Counted from the stretch's first letter, positions 41,155 through 55,170 are shown. The stretch is 64,000 nucleotides of DNA from Octopus vulgaris (GCA_951406725.2 OX597823.1:26846001-26910000), one strand, 5' to 3'. The notes: generated from the sequence alone by a model not told the origin. Numbers and translations: made by a program.

Positions 41155-41965
41155 AGGCGGCGAGCTGGCTGGAATGTTAGCACGCCGGGCGAAATGCTTA
41201 GCAGTATTTCGTCTGTCGTTACGTTCTGAGTTCAAATTCCGCCGAGGTCGACTTCGCCTTTCATCCTTTCGGGGTCGATTAAATAAGTACCAGTTATGCA
41301 CTGAGGTTGATATAATCGACTTAATCCGTTTGTCTGTCCTTGTTTGTTCCGTCTGTGTTTAGCCCCTTGTGGGTAGTAAAGAAATAGGTATTTCGTCTGT
41401 CTTTACATCTGAGTTCAAATTCTGTCGAGGTCGACTTTGCCTTTCATCCTTTCGGGGTCCATAAATTAAGTACCAGTTGCGTACTGGAGTCGATCTAATC
41501 AACTAGCCCCCACCCTCAAAAATTTAGGCCTTGTGTCTAGAGTAGAAAAGAACGTATCTTGCCCGACGAAGGTGGCGAGCAGGCAGAAACGTTAGAACGC
41601 CAGGCGAAATGCTTAATGATATTTCGTCTGCAGCTACGTTCTGAGATCAAATTACGCCGAGGTCGACTTTGCCTTTCATCTTCTCGGGATCGATTAAATA
41701 AGTACCAGTTACTTTCTGTCCTTATTTATCCCCTCTATGTTTAGCTCCTTGTGGGCAATAAAGAAATAAGGAACATTAGAACGCCGGGCAAAATGCTTAG
41801 GAGTATTTCGTCTGTCTTTTCGTTCTGAGTTCAAATTCCACTGAGGTCAACTTTGCCTGTCGTCCTTTCCAGGTCGATAAATTAAGTACCAGTTGCGTAC
41901 TGGAGTCGATCTAATCGACTGGCACCCACCACCTAAATTTCGGGCCTTGTGCCTAGAGTAGAAAC
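41155..41965 (+). mobile_element. Cluster of tandem SINE family B modules
   Basis: The module tctgagttcaaattc..gaggtcgactt..gcctttcatc..aagtaccagtt occurs four times head to tail. Confidence 0.88.
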
Positions 41966-42224
41966 GATTATTCCTGGTAGTAGTGTCAGTATTATTACTA
42001 GTAGCATTAGTAGCGGTCGTTCTATCAATAATAACTAATATCGTCTGTAACAGGGACAGCAGCAACGGTAGCTTTAGTAGTAATAGGAGTTGTTGTTTTA
42101 TTGTTGTTGTTGTTGTTACCTTTTCACAATATATCGAACGTATTAACAACGATTTGTGAAAGAGATTACTTTTCAGAAGTTACAAGATAACCCCAGTAAA
42201 AAAATAATGTATGAATATATATAC

Positions 42225-42332
<108 letters not shown>

Positions 42333-42514
42333 GTATGTATCCATATACACAAATACTCTACCCCCATATACTCATACATAAACGCACGTAAACATTCACG
42401 CACTCACACAAGCACGCGCATACACGCGTAAACGCTACGAAGCGAAAACTATTGAAATAAAAAGTGTATATATAATGGATTACTTATAGATAAGTATTCA
42501 CATATACATGTGTG

Positions 42515-42556
<42 letters not shown>

Positions 42557-42757
42557 CATACATGCTTACATATATATACATACATTTATATATAAATATA
42601 TATGTATATATATTCAGATGCACAAATATGTACGTATATTATAACTGATATACGTATATTTATATATATATATATGCATATATGATTTTACTGAAACATG
42701 TATATGTATACATCTATCTGCATACATGTATATTCATACATATGATATATATATGAT

Positions 42758-42840
<83 letters not shown>

Positions 42841-43844
42841 CACATACATACATATTCATATAAGCCCATATGTTTATGCGTGTATGTCTCAGAGTGCGGG
42901 GGTGGGTGGCTTGGTGCCTTTGTATACTCGCCTTTTGTCAATCTTATTAGCATGTATAAGTAGTTTTTCTGTATGTTTAATGATGCATAGTAATTTATCT
43001 GTTCCACAGCAAGAATCATAATATATTAATATCTTGTGCTGAGAAAATCTTCAGTTACCAACACAAGCAATTTTACAGAAGCGCTGAAGCGAAGTGATAA
43101 GTCAACGTTTCGTTCGCTAGATTGGATGCATTAAGTCAATTTGACGAACTTTTCAAATGCTACAAATAGTATATCTTGCACGGGAGGTGTGGTAGTATTT
43201 CAGAATTTATAAGCCTCTATCCACAATCCATGTATTTGCTCTCGCTTTATCATCTCATACGTAAATTGCAATATGTAGGTGCGTAGTTAAGAAAATGTTA
43301 TACTCTTACTATTTATTTCGATCCCGCTACGCGGTAATTTGGGCAAATGCTTTCTCTTCTGCCATTGGCTCATGTCACCAAATCCATTGCGAATGGATGC
43401 TGTTTGACTGAACGCATGTGTGAGCCTTTGACCTGTGTTCATGTCTGAGTTTGTGTTGTTATTTATGTTCTTCATCTTAGCTGTTTGGCAAAATGTTCAA
43501 TACCAGCCTGAAATAATTAGTAGTTTCGATATGATCAACAAAAATACAAACACATCATTGAGGGTAATGCCCCGGAATAGCTGAAACTGCACTATTGAAA
43601 GCTGTGAAAAAGGGTAATGATGACCACAACACATATAAGGACATAAAAATTAGCAATATCTCGTAACACAGGAAGTAAGAAAACGTCTAATATTGAAGAT
43701 AATCACGTCATATCAGATTAAAAAGTAATGTTGCACCAATGTAATAACAAATATAATGTCACTAAAAGAAGTGAGGATCAAGATTTGTTAAGGGAAAAAT
43801 ATTAGAGAAAGAGATCAGTATTTCTGTAATTTATTTTAGTAAAT

Positions 43845-44158
43845 GTGAGTTATACTTTAGAGGCCAAAGAAACGAGATGCCTGGCTCATAAGGGCCGGTT
43901 TCCCAGTTTCTTGGCGTATAGGTTCCCCACCTGGACGGGACGCCGGTCCATCGCAGGTGAGCTGCAAGATGCAGGAGGAAAGAGTGAGAGAGGGTTGTGG
44001 CGAAAGAGTCAGCAGAAGTTTCGCCATTACTGTCTGCCGGAGCCGCGTAGAGCTTAGGTGTTTCGCTCATAAACACACACATCGTCCGGTCTGAGATTCG
44101 AACCTGCGATCCCTCGACCGTGAGTCCGCTACTCTAACCACTAGGCCATGCGCCTCCA
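43845..44158 (-). mobile_element. SINE family C head with an alternative 3' body
   Basis: Same tRNA head as 53481, but the sequence diverges after ctctcactctt. Confidence 0.8.
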
Positions 44159-44161
44159 CAA

Positions 44162-44750
44162 ACGACATATTTTGCGCCAGTAGATCAAGATAGGATAACT
44201 AACTTCAAGGCATATTATCTGAGGATTTTCAAACAACTTACGAAGGCAATTGATAGACAGTATAAACCTGCAGTTAAAGATTTCTGGAAAAAAGTTTAAC
44301 ACAGGCGTTGTAGAAAATACAACTGAGTCATTGAATGAAGTGAAACCCTCAATTATAAATGGCGTCTTGAAAAATATATGGCCACTCTGTATCTGTAACT
44401 TTATAAGTTTCCCATAAGCAGAACGTCTACAACAAATTCGGATATATACTCTGATATTTGCAAATTTTGTAGAGTTTGAAAACAACCCACGAAGAAGATA
44501 TGGATTAGTTTCTAGTGTCTCACAGAGAAAGTCTATCTAATGAGACGCTAATGCTGTTGGAATAAGAGCAAGCTGAAAATAAAAATGAGAACTACGTACA
44601 TTCCACTAACACCACTTATATTGACTGCAAAGAATACTGCTAAAAGCTCGGTAGTTTTAAAGGAAAGTCTACAAGTTTATGCTGAAAACAATCCTAATCG
44701 TGCGCATAACATAAAAATTACAAGAAGAATTTACAATGTGCTCCTTCCTC
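44162..44750 (+). pseudogene. Tigger/pogo transposase C-terminal remnant
   Basis: TTYFAPVDQDRITNFKAYYLRIFKQL..VKDFWKK and LNEVKPSIINGVLKNIWP match the Tigger QPMDQGVIxxFKAYYLR / WxEVxxxxMNGVWKxLWP motifs. Confidence 0.8.
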
Positions 44751-45429
44751 AGCTACACCATAAACATCAAATGCATATATGGGTACAGGACGGCACTAAT
44801 GGTGCAAATAACATGAGTAAGGTAAAGAGCGAGAAAAAATGGAAAACAGATCAAGCAAACACAGAAAAAGGGCCCTTCATCTGTTGTCTGCTGTTTATCT
44901 ACTCTTCATTTCAAACGTCCAATGACAATATGAGTATTCAATGACAGTTGCTCCCATAAATTCTAAAATAAAGTTTAGGATTTATGGAGGGTCAAAGTTG
45001 GAAACAAAAACAGGACAGTGGAGACAGATAAGGAAACCGAACGAAAACAAACATGGAACGAGGGAAAAGCAGTGAACTCTGGGAGAAATATTTTTTTGAT
45101 AAGAGAAAAAAAAAACAGAAGTGGAGAGCGAAAAAATACGTCCACTCTTTTGAACGTCTGTGCAGGAAAAGAAAAATGGTCACGTGAAGAAAAGAAAGAT
45201 GGACGATGGTCACGTGTGAGCAGCGTGAGAGAAAGATAGAAAACAGAGAAACAGGGAGAGAGAGAGAGAGACATAAAAATAGTGAATGGGAGGGGGAGAA
45301 AAAGGGAATTAGAGAAGGATGGTGGAAGAAAGCAGTGTAAAGTAGAGTCGCATCAAAAAGGTGAAGATAAATTTACTTGGAAATGGATGCGTGGCGTTCA
45401 ATTAAATAATGATAAATAATATATATTAT

Positions 45430-45830
45430 TCCTTTTCACTTGTTTTAGTCCTTTTACTGCGGCCATGCTGGATTACTGCCTTCATGGGTTTGTTTCGTTG
45501 AACCAATGGACCTCAGGACTTAATTTTAAGCCTCGTACTTATTTTATTGGTGCCTTTTGCCGAACCGCTAAATAAGGGCACGTAAATAAACCAACACTGG
45601 TTGTCAAGCGGTGATGGGGGACAGAAAATGACAGAAAGACAGAGACACACACACGCACATATACATACGACGGGCTTCTTTTAGTTTCCGTCTACCAAAT
45701 CAACTCACAAGGCTTTGGTCATCCCAGGGCTATAGCAGAAGACATTTGCCCAAGGTGATACGCAGTGGGGCTGAAATCTGAACTATTTGTCGGGAAGCAA
45801 GCTTCTTATCACGCCGCCACGGCTGCGCCT
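45430..45830 (-). mobile_element. SINE family A, diverged full-length copy
   Basis: Similar to 39765-40203. Confidence 0.85.
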
Positions 45831-45856
45831 ATATATATATATACACACACACACAT

Positions 45857-45893
<37 letters not shown>

Positions 45894-46926
45894 AGGCGAG
45901 CGACCAGAAACGTTGGCATGTCGGGCGAGATATGCTTAGCGGTATTTCGTCTGTCTTTGCCATCTGAGTTCAAATTCTGCCTGTTTGATGTTAGATGTTG
46001 GTGGTCGGTGAACTTGGTATATCTTCTTTAACTGAGAATAAATCTGCTAAGGTTTAATAAATACAACCACTGGCTTTGCTATGTCTATGGATTTTTTTAG
46101 ATTACTCAGTGACTGTGTTAAACCATAAACTAATTTAGGAACTGAAATAGATTTTCCCATTGTATATTTATATGATCTCTTTGTTTAATATTTGCCATTT
46201 TAAGCCACACTCATTCTCCTATAAATTCGAATATAAAAATTAATTACATCAATAATCTAGCTAACGCTGGGTCGGTGCTTAAACTCTTATCGCTTTAAAA
46301 TCTTAGTTTAAAGTGTTACCCGTTGATACTGGGCTGCATTTCGATTTTATCGCTTACGACTGCATTAAATACAATTTTACTGAAACAGTAGTCTTAAATT
46401 TTAAACACAGTTTGTGTTTACTTCACACACACACGTACACACACACACACACATACACAGACACACACACACACTCGCACACACATACACACACACATTA
46501 AGAAAGGTCAGTATATTTTGGGGAGTACGGTTGAATATCAGTTATGTGATGACTCTTGATCGCGTACATATTTAATCCTGATGCTCTCAAATTCATAACT
46601 CGAAATATTACAATGAGGAGAGAATAGGTTAATATGATTTACTTTAATCTCGAAACGCGTCTGTAATTAATCGAAGTCGTGTGGATTCATAATATTTCTT
46701 TTTGCCCACATAAAAAAGTGTGTTTTTGTTTCGGAGATATTTAGGGTTGTTGAAATGGAATTAGCCTCTATTTCTAATTTCGGTACGTGGAGAAGCAGTT
46801 AACTGACCCCTGATTATAATTATATTCATGTATATAATTATAGAATATTTTGTATAATTCACCTAGGTTATTTTAACTTACTGACTACTTCGTACACTTA
46901 TTAATTATTAATCAATTAATTAATCT

Positions 46927-47022
<96 letters not shown>

Positions 47023-47028
47023 ATTTTT

Positions 47029-47062
<34 letters not shown>

Positions 47063-47432
47063 AATTTGAAAGTAATGTTATAAAACATTGCGTAGGTTAT
47101 AATGTATATCTCTGTATATATAAACGGCAAAATGTTTGCGTGTGTGTCCTTTATACAAATCCACAATTTTTTAGTTAGAGTGCACGCACTTTCTATGGTC
47201 ATTCAAAGCCATCCAAGGGTGGTATTGCACATCTTTATATTTCCCCAGTTACTCCGCAAAGCCATTAAAAAATCAATAGAAGTGACTTTTTTGTGAATTT
47301 TCTATCCAAAACCCAATAAAAATGCCCGAAACTTGATACGCCAATTGAATGCCTGTTAGCTGTATGTGATTGGTTGGAGAGTTGGACAGTTCTCGCGTGT
47401 ATGTGTGCACGCACGCAGCTGTATATGCATGC

Positions 47433-47629
47433 ACTAGCACGATGACCCGGCGTTGCCGGGTCATTGTGCTAGTATATTATAAAAGATTAAGATTATTTAT
47501 GGATATATAAATGGCCAAACATGTTATAATTGTGACTCGTTCATAATTATAAACGTTCTTCTGTGTATTTTATGATAACATGTTTGGCCATTGTTATATT
47601 CATAAATAATCTTAATTATTTATAATATA
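47433..47629. repeat. Two adjacent inverted repeats (41-bp GC-rich hairpin and ~55-bp-arm AT-rich fold-back)
   Basis: actagcacgatgacccggc-gtt-gccgggtcattgtgctagt at 47433-47473, then arms ~47474-47527 and ~47575-47629. Confidence 0.85.
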
Positions 47630-48077
47630 TCCTCCGTCATGTTTTATTATATTACTTTCTGGTTATTTAATTTTTCTCAACCCATATCCGGTGATTTTGC
47701 CGTGGATCGAATTTACCAATCTTTTCACATAAACACCGTGCATGGCATTTGAATTCATAACTTGAATGCGTAGATTGAGGCTGAAACATTTTTCTTGCCG
47801 GTCGAGATTCATGCTAGCCTCAAGGTAAAATCTTGCTTTGATTTCTATCTATTGGAATATTTTCCCTGACGAGACGAATGGGTCCCTTAAGAGATCAATA
47901 ACGTCGAAATTGCAATAGTTGTAGATTCTAGCTGTCATGTCGCCCACACACAGTTTTCATTGTGAAGAGAATAATATGAGTGATAAACTGGGTATATAGC
48001 GGTTTTGGTTGCTATTTTTAACCTGTAAGGGTTTTATATATATACATACATACATACATACATACACACACACACAA

Positions 48078-48124
<47 letters not shown>

Positions 48125-48128
<4 letters not shown>

Positions 48129-48432
48129 CGTGATCACCGTGACCGACCAGGCCATCAGATGTTGCTACACATCACTGGTCACAATGCGCTTTGCATTGTT
48201 TTAGCCTTCAAATGACGCCACCCCGCTGGCTAAGCGAGCAGGCCAACAGAAGAAACAGTGAGAGAAAGTTGCGGCGAAAGAGTACAGCAGGGATCGCCAC
48301 CACCCCTGCTGGAGCCTCGTGGAGCTTTTAGGTGTTTTCGCTCAATAAACACACACAACGCCCGGTCTGGGAATCGAAACCGCGATCCTGTAACCGTGAG
48401 TCCGCTGCCCTAACCCCTGAGCCATTGCGCCT

Positions 48433-48435
<3 letters not shown>
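48125..48435 (-). mobile_element. SINE family C head with a third type of 3' body
   Basis: Shared head; the tail (48125-48250) is unrelated to the other C tails. Confidence 0.8.
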
Positions 48436-48529
<94 letters not shown>

Positions 48530-48540
48530 TGTATGTGTGA

Positions 48541-48588
<48 letters not shown>

Positions 48589-49277
48589 AAATCATAATAA
48601 TAATGATAATATTTACTTTTTATAGGATTAAAGCTTATAAAAACAATGTTATCATTATTGTCTACAAATCGTAAATTTCAGCATCACTTGTCAAACAAAC
48701 GCATATTTATATATGTATCTATAAGTAAGTATATTCTAAGGTTATATATAGAAAAGTGTGATGATCGAAGAAATCTAACTTCAGATTCTTCCCAAACAAA
48801 CTTAATAGAAGATTTGCTTAATAGTGTAGAAAACTATATATGGAAAAGACGACCAAGTATAAATCATTGCAACAACAACGTTAAAAGAAAATAACTCAAA
48901 GAAGGAACGATTAAATCATGTCAGTATCGTAAGGTGCACTCTACAATGTCCGAAATTTGAAGAACATATTTTGCATGCGTATTGCAAATGTGTTTTCGAA
49001 CATGAAAATTGTGATGTATAACGGAAACTCATTTACATTAACTATAGGAAATATATGCTTTGAACTGACGATCAATAAAATTTGCATATTGCAATTTATG
49101 CAAATTTCCTTGCAAAAGGTTTCGATTTAGGCTATGATACAAATATATTTATATTATATATGTATAGCATGCATGCTACTTTGATTATTGACAAAATATA
49201 CTACTTTCGGTTTATGAATTTTGATTAGAATCTAACCCAGCGGTATATCATGCGCGTTGTAACTAGTATACATTTAA

Positions 49278-49448
49278 CAGTGTTTCCCAACCTTTTCATT
49301 ACCAACAAACCCTTTGAGTTAAATGAGTTTTCCTACGGGCCCCAGGATATTGAAAGGTCTGAAGTACTGGGGGAGGAGTGTTCATGGAACTTCAGCACTA
49401 CCTTTGCGGACCACCAGGGGTCCGCGGACCACAGGTTCGGAATCACTG
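49278..49448. mobile_element. hAT/Charlie-like MITE
   Basis: Imperfect TIRs cagtgtttcccaacct and aggttcggaatcactg, with atttaa on both flanks. Confidence 0.6.
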
Positions 49449-49512
49449 ATTTAACACATGGTATGTAAGTTATGTTAACATATTTATTAAATACTAGTTT
49501 CTGCTTGTTCTA

Positions 49513-50763
49513 TTGGGTTGGCAATTAACTTACCGACGTTTTTTTTTCAATTTTGGTATGTATTTCATTTTTGAATTTTGGAATATATTTTTTTTTTCGA
49601 GAATTCTATTTTTGAATCATTTTTTAATCTTTTCTGGTTTCTTTTTCTAGTTAATTTTCGTTAGTTTTTGTTTATTTTCATATTAAAATGGAATGTCAAG
49701 TTAAGAAAAACGAGTATTTTCGACACCTCCTTTTTGCTTTTAATCAAGGTTCTAAGGCCACAAAAGCTGCTCGCGACATTTGTGCTGTGTATGGAGAGGG
49801 TGCCATAGCTGAAAGAATCGCTCGTGATTGCTATGCCAAGTTCAAAAATGGAAATTTTGACCTCAAGGACGCACCTCGTTCTGGCCGTTCAGTTGAGTTC
49901 GATGAAGAACGATTAAACCAACTTTTGCACGAAAATTCTCGTCAGACGACAAGGGAACAGGCAGAGAGAATGGAATGCTCCCACACTGCTATGGGAAAGG
50001 TTCAGCAGTATGGCGTATTGGTTCCGCATGCTTTAAGTGACAACAACAAAAATCAACGCGCCACAATCTCTGCTGGCTTGCTTGCTCGTCACCGCTCAAC
50101 TCATGGACAAAAGCAACGATTTCTTTACCGAATCGTTACTGGCGACGAACAATGGTGCCTGTACATCAATACGAAGCAGCGTAAGGCATGGCTTAGCCCC
50201 GGTAAACAAGCGACACCGCGCGTGAAACAAGATCTTCGTCCCCGTAAAACGATGTGGTGCGTATGGTAGGACTGGGAAGGGATCATCCATTACGAATTGA
50301 TTGAATGAACCAAACGGTCAATGAGGAATTCTATGTTCAATAGATGGAACGATCCAACACGGCTATTCAAAAGAAAAGACCTAATCGGCAGCATGGAGTT
50401 CTGCTGCACGACAACGCCCGTCCTCATATGGCGAATATGACCAAGGTAGCCATTCAAATGCATGGCCGCCGTACTCTCCTGATTTGGCCCAATCGGATTT
50501 CCACCTCTTTCGATCTCTTTCAAATGTTATGCGCGGGGTTCAATACTAATGCAGAATTGAGAGCTTGGATGGATCAATTTTTCGAGTCGAAATCGGGTGA
50601 TTTCTACCAAAGAGGTATTGAAAATCTTGTTGAACGTTAGAAACAAGTTGTAAACAACAAGGGGGGAATACATTATTGATTAATTAGTTGCTATTTGTTT
50701 TTATTAAAACTTTCAAAAAAATTTTAATTTAAAGAAATGACGGGAACTTAGTTGTCAACCCGA
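49513..50763 (+). mobile_element. Full-length mariner transposon (mellifera-like TIRs) with TA target-site duplication
   Basis: Left TA-ttgggttggcaattaacttaccg and right cgggaacttagttgtcaacccga-TA; length ~1.25 kb. Confidence 0.92.
49688..50640 (+). pseudogene. Mariner transposase, inactivated
   Basis: HTH region to DAPRSGR, then LVPHAL, IVTGDEQW, CVW*D (premature stop), HDNARPH and SPDLAQSDFHLF, with deletions and frameshifts. Confidence 0.92.
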
Positions 50764-51729
50764 TATGTGCTGTCATTTTTGTCAGTTAGGGTATATTGAT
50801 TTTGAATATAAAATTAAATCAAGGACACGTCTGCTATTGCTAAGACTGTTTATAAAACTATTCATTGTACGTGCATTTCTATTACAGAAGCAAGTTGACA
50901 AAGTCTTTTTCCCTCAGCCATTACCATATAAATTGTTTCGGCGAAAAAATGACAGGATGACAGGGAACATCAGAATATTTAATGGGATAATGACACCGTT
51001 TAGTGGTGAGGCTGATGTAGTTCAGCTGGTTAAAAGAAACAAACGAAAACATACATTTGGTTCACTCAGTAATTGTCTTATCTGCCTCGTACTTTCTATC
51101 AAACGTAAAACAGAGAATTCATCTCCCCACTATTTCACCTTACCGATTTACCGAACATCTGTTTTATCATGACAGGATATCTCTTGTAGACACAATCTCA
51201 AGCGGCGGATTGGCAGGACTACTAGGACGAGCGACAGAATGCTTTGCGCCTTTGTTCTAACTGACTACCCTCTGAGTTCAGGTCCCACCGAGGTCAAATT
51301 CACTTTTTCTCTTTTCAGGATCAATAAGAAAAAGTATCAGTCCAGCAGGGGTTTGGGGGAACCATAAAAACGGCTGATCGGTTGCTCTGCAGTATTTATT
51401 TTGCCTCTTACAGTTCCCAGTTCAAATCTAGAAATGGCCTACTTGCGGGGTAGGCTTAATCCATCGCTCAGATTAATACAACCTCTTGAAATGTTGGAAT
51501 CCAGTCTATTGGAAGCAATCATACGAAATATCTGGTTAGGAAATACCTCACCCTACTCTACCACCTGTCTAAGGTAATGACGCATAACCATGTATTATAG
51601 ATAGATTTAAATAGTTATAAGATAATAATTGCTCTATGAGCATGACTAACTAAGCAACATGATGACTTTCAACCCATCAGGGAAACATGCTTTTGAAAAT
51701 GTACCAAGAAATGTTTGTGACTTCATCAC

Positions 51730-52770
51730 AAAGCTTGATATATGTTTAATAAAACGCAAACTCGTAAGCTTACCTTGCATTTCTCGCTGACTGTTGTGCG
51801 CGTACACACACACGCACATAATGTAACACAGAAAACGAACTCATGTAATGTCAGGAAAACTTCAGAAAAAGAACTAGAAGGGTGATTTGGTGATATAGGA
51901 TTAAAAAACCTAAACTCCAAACTGTACCTGCTGAAACAACAACACCTCTCCCAAAATAGCCAAACGACCCTTACAAAAAGTTATCGCCTAATAGCCTGCC
52001 CAGAATATCATTTACAAATTATACAATGGCTGCCTCAATCTGATTACACGAGTACTTGGCACAAAATACATGAACCAGAAAAGGGATTGATCATGTTGGA
52101 AGCTTGGCATGTTGCACAGAAATGCATATGGCATCCAGTTTCGAAGGCTACCTCCATGCAATCCAAGAACAAGAGATCTCCACCAAGTACCTGCTGCGTA
52201 AAAGACAGAAAACATTGACAGGCAACAAATGTAGGCTGTGCAAGACCAAGACAGAAGACACCAACCACATTATTGCTACCGGCGAGAGAATATCTTCCAG
52301 ATATTCTCTTCCTGTGAGGTATGATGTAGTAACTAAAATAGTCTGGAACAGGATAGCAAAATGGAAAACGCCTTCAGTCGAAGTTGACTATACTGAGAGC
52401 AACGAGTCAAAAAAATATTTTGAAAATTAAAACGACCAAGTTAAAACACAACCACCCAGATATTACTATGTTAGACCTCAAAGAAAACATACTCTCTTTT
52501 GTGGAAATCAGCTGCTCTCTGGACACCAAGGCAGTTAGAAAAATAAGAGACAGAGGATATCTACGGTCCATTAACAAGGAGTTGGCAAATCCAAACCCAC
52601 GACATACTTATTGTTTTATACCAATTATTATTGGAGGAACAAGATACATACCACCCATCTAAGGCAAAGTGTGGCTGAACTTGGGCTCTTGGAGAGAGAA
52701 CGCAAATCCTTAATTCATACATTACAAATTATCATGATATCTGGGGATATAAAAGATCTGTAATCTTCTT
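51730..52770 (+). pseudogene. R4/Dong-like non-LTR retrotransposon remnant (zinc knuckle plus restriction-like endonuclease)
   Basis: EGYLHAIQEQEISTK, CRLCKTKTEDTNHIIA, RYD (RHD motif), HNHPDI...FVEISC (PD-(D/E) motif) and FIPIIIG. Confidence 0.85.
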
Positions 52771-53480
52771 AACTTTTAAAGGATGATGAATAATACAAGA
52801 TAGTTTCCATCACAACCTTAGTAGCGAGCAGGTCGCCGGTCAACATTTATTCTAACTTAAAAACAGAGACAGAACGTACGTATATATATATATATATATA
52901 TATATATTACTCCCCTACGACAAAACTACGAATCTCATTTTCGGCAGTACTATTTTGTGACTCACGTGGTAGAACTTTGGAGGGAAATACGAATTCACTT
53001 GTCTATGTAAATGTGGATATGCTGGCTGGCTTTTATAATTTTCGATGTCGCTTGATCGAAAATATAAGAGGTAAGTTTTCCCTAGCATTTCTAGATTTAT
53101 GAGGAATATTATGTTGATAAAGGAAATGAACCTTACGATTCTAATCCAGAAACGTGTGTCCATAATTGACCGAAGACTGTGTGATTTCATTATTTTTCTT
53201 CTTTTTTTTTTTTGCCATATGTGAGTTACAAATATTGTTGTCTGTGGGGACTTATTTTTGTAGTAAAAGGAAATAGTAGTCTTTTGGCTGCTATTTCTAA
53301 AATTTTCGGTATGTGGTTTAAGTAACTTGTTGCAAAAAACCCTTATTATTATAATTATATATATATACACGTACGTTCTGTTTCTAAACAAACTCTCCGA
53401 CGGACGGGAACGTGAAACTGAGTGAGAGTTTCCGTGATGTTTTTGCTGCTTTTCAAAAAAGTATATATATATATACATAT

Positions 53481-53790
53481 GGAGAAACAATGGTCCAGTG
53501 GTTAGGGCAGCGGACTCGCGGTCGTAGGATCGCGGTTTCGATTTCCAGACCGAGCACAGCGAGTATTTATTGAGCGAAAACTCCTAAAGCTTCACGAGCC
53601 AGGAGGTGGTGGCGAACCCTACTGTACTCTTTCACCATAACTTTCTCTCACTTTTTCTTCCTGTTTCTGTTGTACCTGTATTTCAAAGAGCCAGCCTTGT
53701 CACACTCTGTGTCACGCTGAATCTCCCCGAGAGCTACGCTAATGGTACATGTGTCGGTGGAGTGCTCAGCCACTTTCACATTCTATTTCG
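53481..53790 (+). mobile_element. SINE family C
   Basis: tRNA-like head tggtccagtggttagggcagcggactcgcggtcgtaggatcgcggtttcgatttcc; body shared with 16024-16390. Confidence 0.87.
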
Positions 53791-53859
53791 TTTCATGTAT
53801 CGTTTGCAGAGACATGATGCCATCAGCATTTGACACCTTGAGCTTTGCGGCTTTGTAAG

Positions 53860-54052
53860 TGTATCATTCCCTTATCCATAACTCACCAACTGACATTAGA
53901 GCAGTGTTGCAAAATTTCTGCCTGGCAAGAAATGTTTCTGTCCCCTGCTGCAGTTCAGCGCATGTTTGAGGAAGTTTATGGTCGTCACAATTCTTCAACG
54001 CTTAGCACAATTTATGCTCTCCGTAGCAAGTTTCTCGAAGCAGGATCTGTAT
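53860..54052 (+). pseudogene. Tc1/mariner-superfamily N-terminal HTH fragment (DUF4817-like)
   Basis: SPAAVQRMFEEVYG....STLSTIYALRSKFLEAGSV resembles the VQRxF..P...I..L..KF.ETGSV pattern. Confidence 0.6.
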
Positions 54053-55004
54053 ATTTATAAAGTAAGATGAGGATTCAGATAGAATAAGGTTCTTGAAAAG
54101 GTACGCACCAAGTAGTGTTGGGTAATTTCTGTGGTTCCCGTCTATGGTTGCTGGGAGTCGAAATATCGGATAGGATATTTCGGTTGTGTACACTGAAAAA
54201 ACTAACCCTATGAATATTTTGCGCCTAAGGAGTGCTAAATTACATATCCTATGTTATTATTCATTTGATTATATATATATGGATCAAAACAGTTTGATTC
54301 AAATTCGTTGGTAATCTTGAGAACAGGAAATTGACCACGTGGTGGACAGGAAATACACTTGAAGTCGGTCAGGTTGTTGTTTTTTTTGGTGGGGGAGTAG
54401 GAAGGGGCGGTATGTGTAAGTATATAGTTCTATATGTGGGTGTGCAGACGCGCTGATATAGTTTTCCTTGCATGTGTATATTGATGTATGTGCGCGCGTC
54501 TGTACATGGACGCGTACCTGTACGTCTGCACACACATACACACACATGGACGAACAAGCACGCGTGCACACGCTCATACATATACACGCAAACGTACACA
54601 CGCATACACATACACGCATACACACACAAACGTATTCATTCATATGTACACATATATATTCGCATGCATGTGCGCATGCATACCAGTGTGCGAGCACATA
54701 CGCATGGGCGTGCACAATTGCATTCACGCGCGCGTGCGCGCAAGTATACACGCGCGAAATAGGCATTGGGAAGTGGTAGGCGTTGGGACTTAGTAAGTGT
54801 TGGGGGCTGGTATGCGTGGAAGGTTGGTAATCGTTGGGGATTGATAAATGGCGGTCCTGCACATGGAGCTGGTTGGTAGCGGTGACCTTGGTGCAGGCGA
54901 TGCAAATAGCAGCTGGTGCTTGTTTGATATATCTGGGTTGTCGGCCGTCAAAGGCCTGAAATTTGCTAGAAGGGCATATCTCTGGTGACAGCAACACGAT
55001 AAAT

Positions 55005-55170
55005 CGAGCTGGCAGAATCGTTAGCACACCGGGCGAAATGCTTTGCGGTATTTCGTCTGCCGCTACGTTCTGAGTTCAAATTCCGCCGAGGTCGACTTTG
55101 CCTTTCATCCTTCCGGGGTCGATTAAATAAGTACTAGTTACGCACAGGGGTCGATGTAATCGACTTAATC
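55005..55170 (+). mobile_element. SINE family B
   Basis: Near-identical to 12488-12660. Confidence 0.87.

Noticed and set aside
53481-53555. tRNA gene candidates (also the heads at 10325, 36129 and others)
   Set aside because: These tRNA-like A/B boxes continue into SINE bodies and lack a full cloverleaf.
54299-55027. 242-aa minus-strand ORF
   Set aside because: It starts inside a SINE and runs through degenerate (CA/TG) repeats, with no domain.
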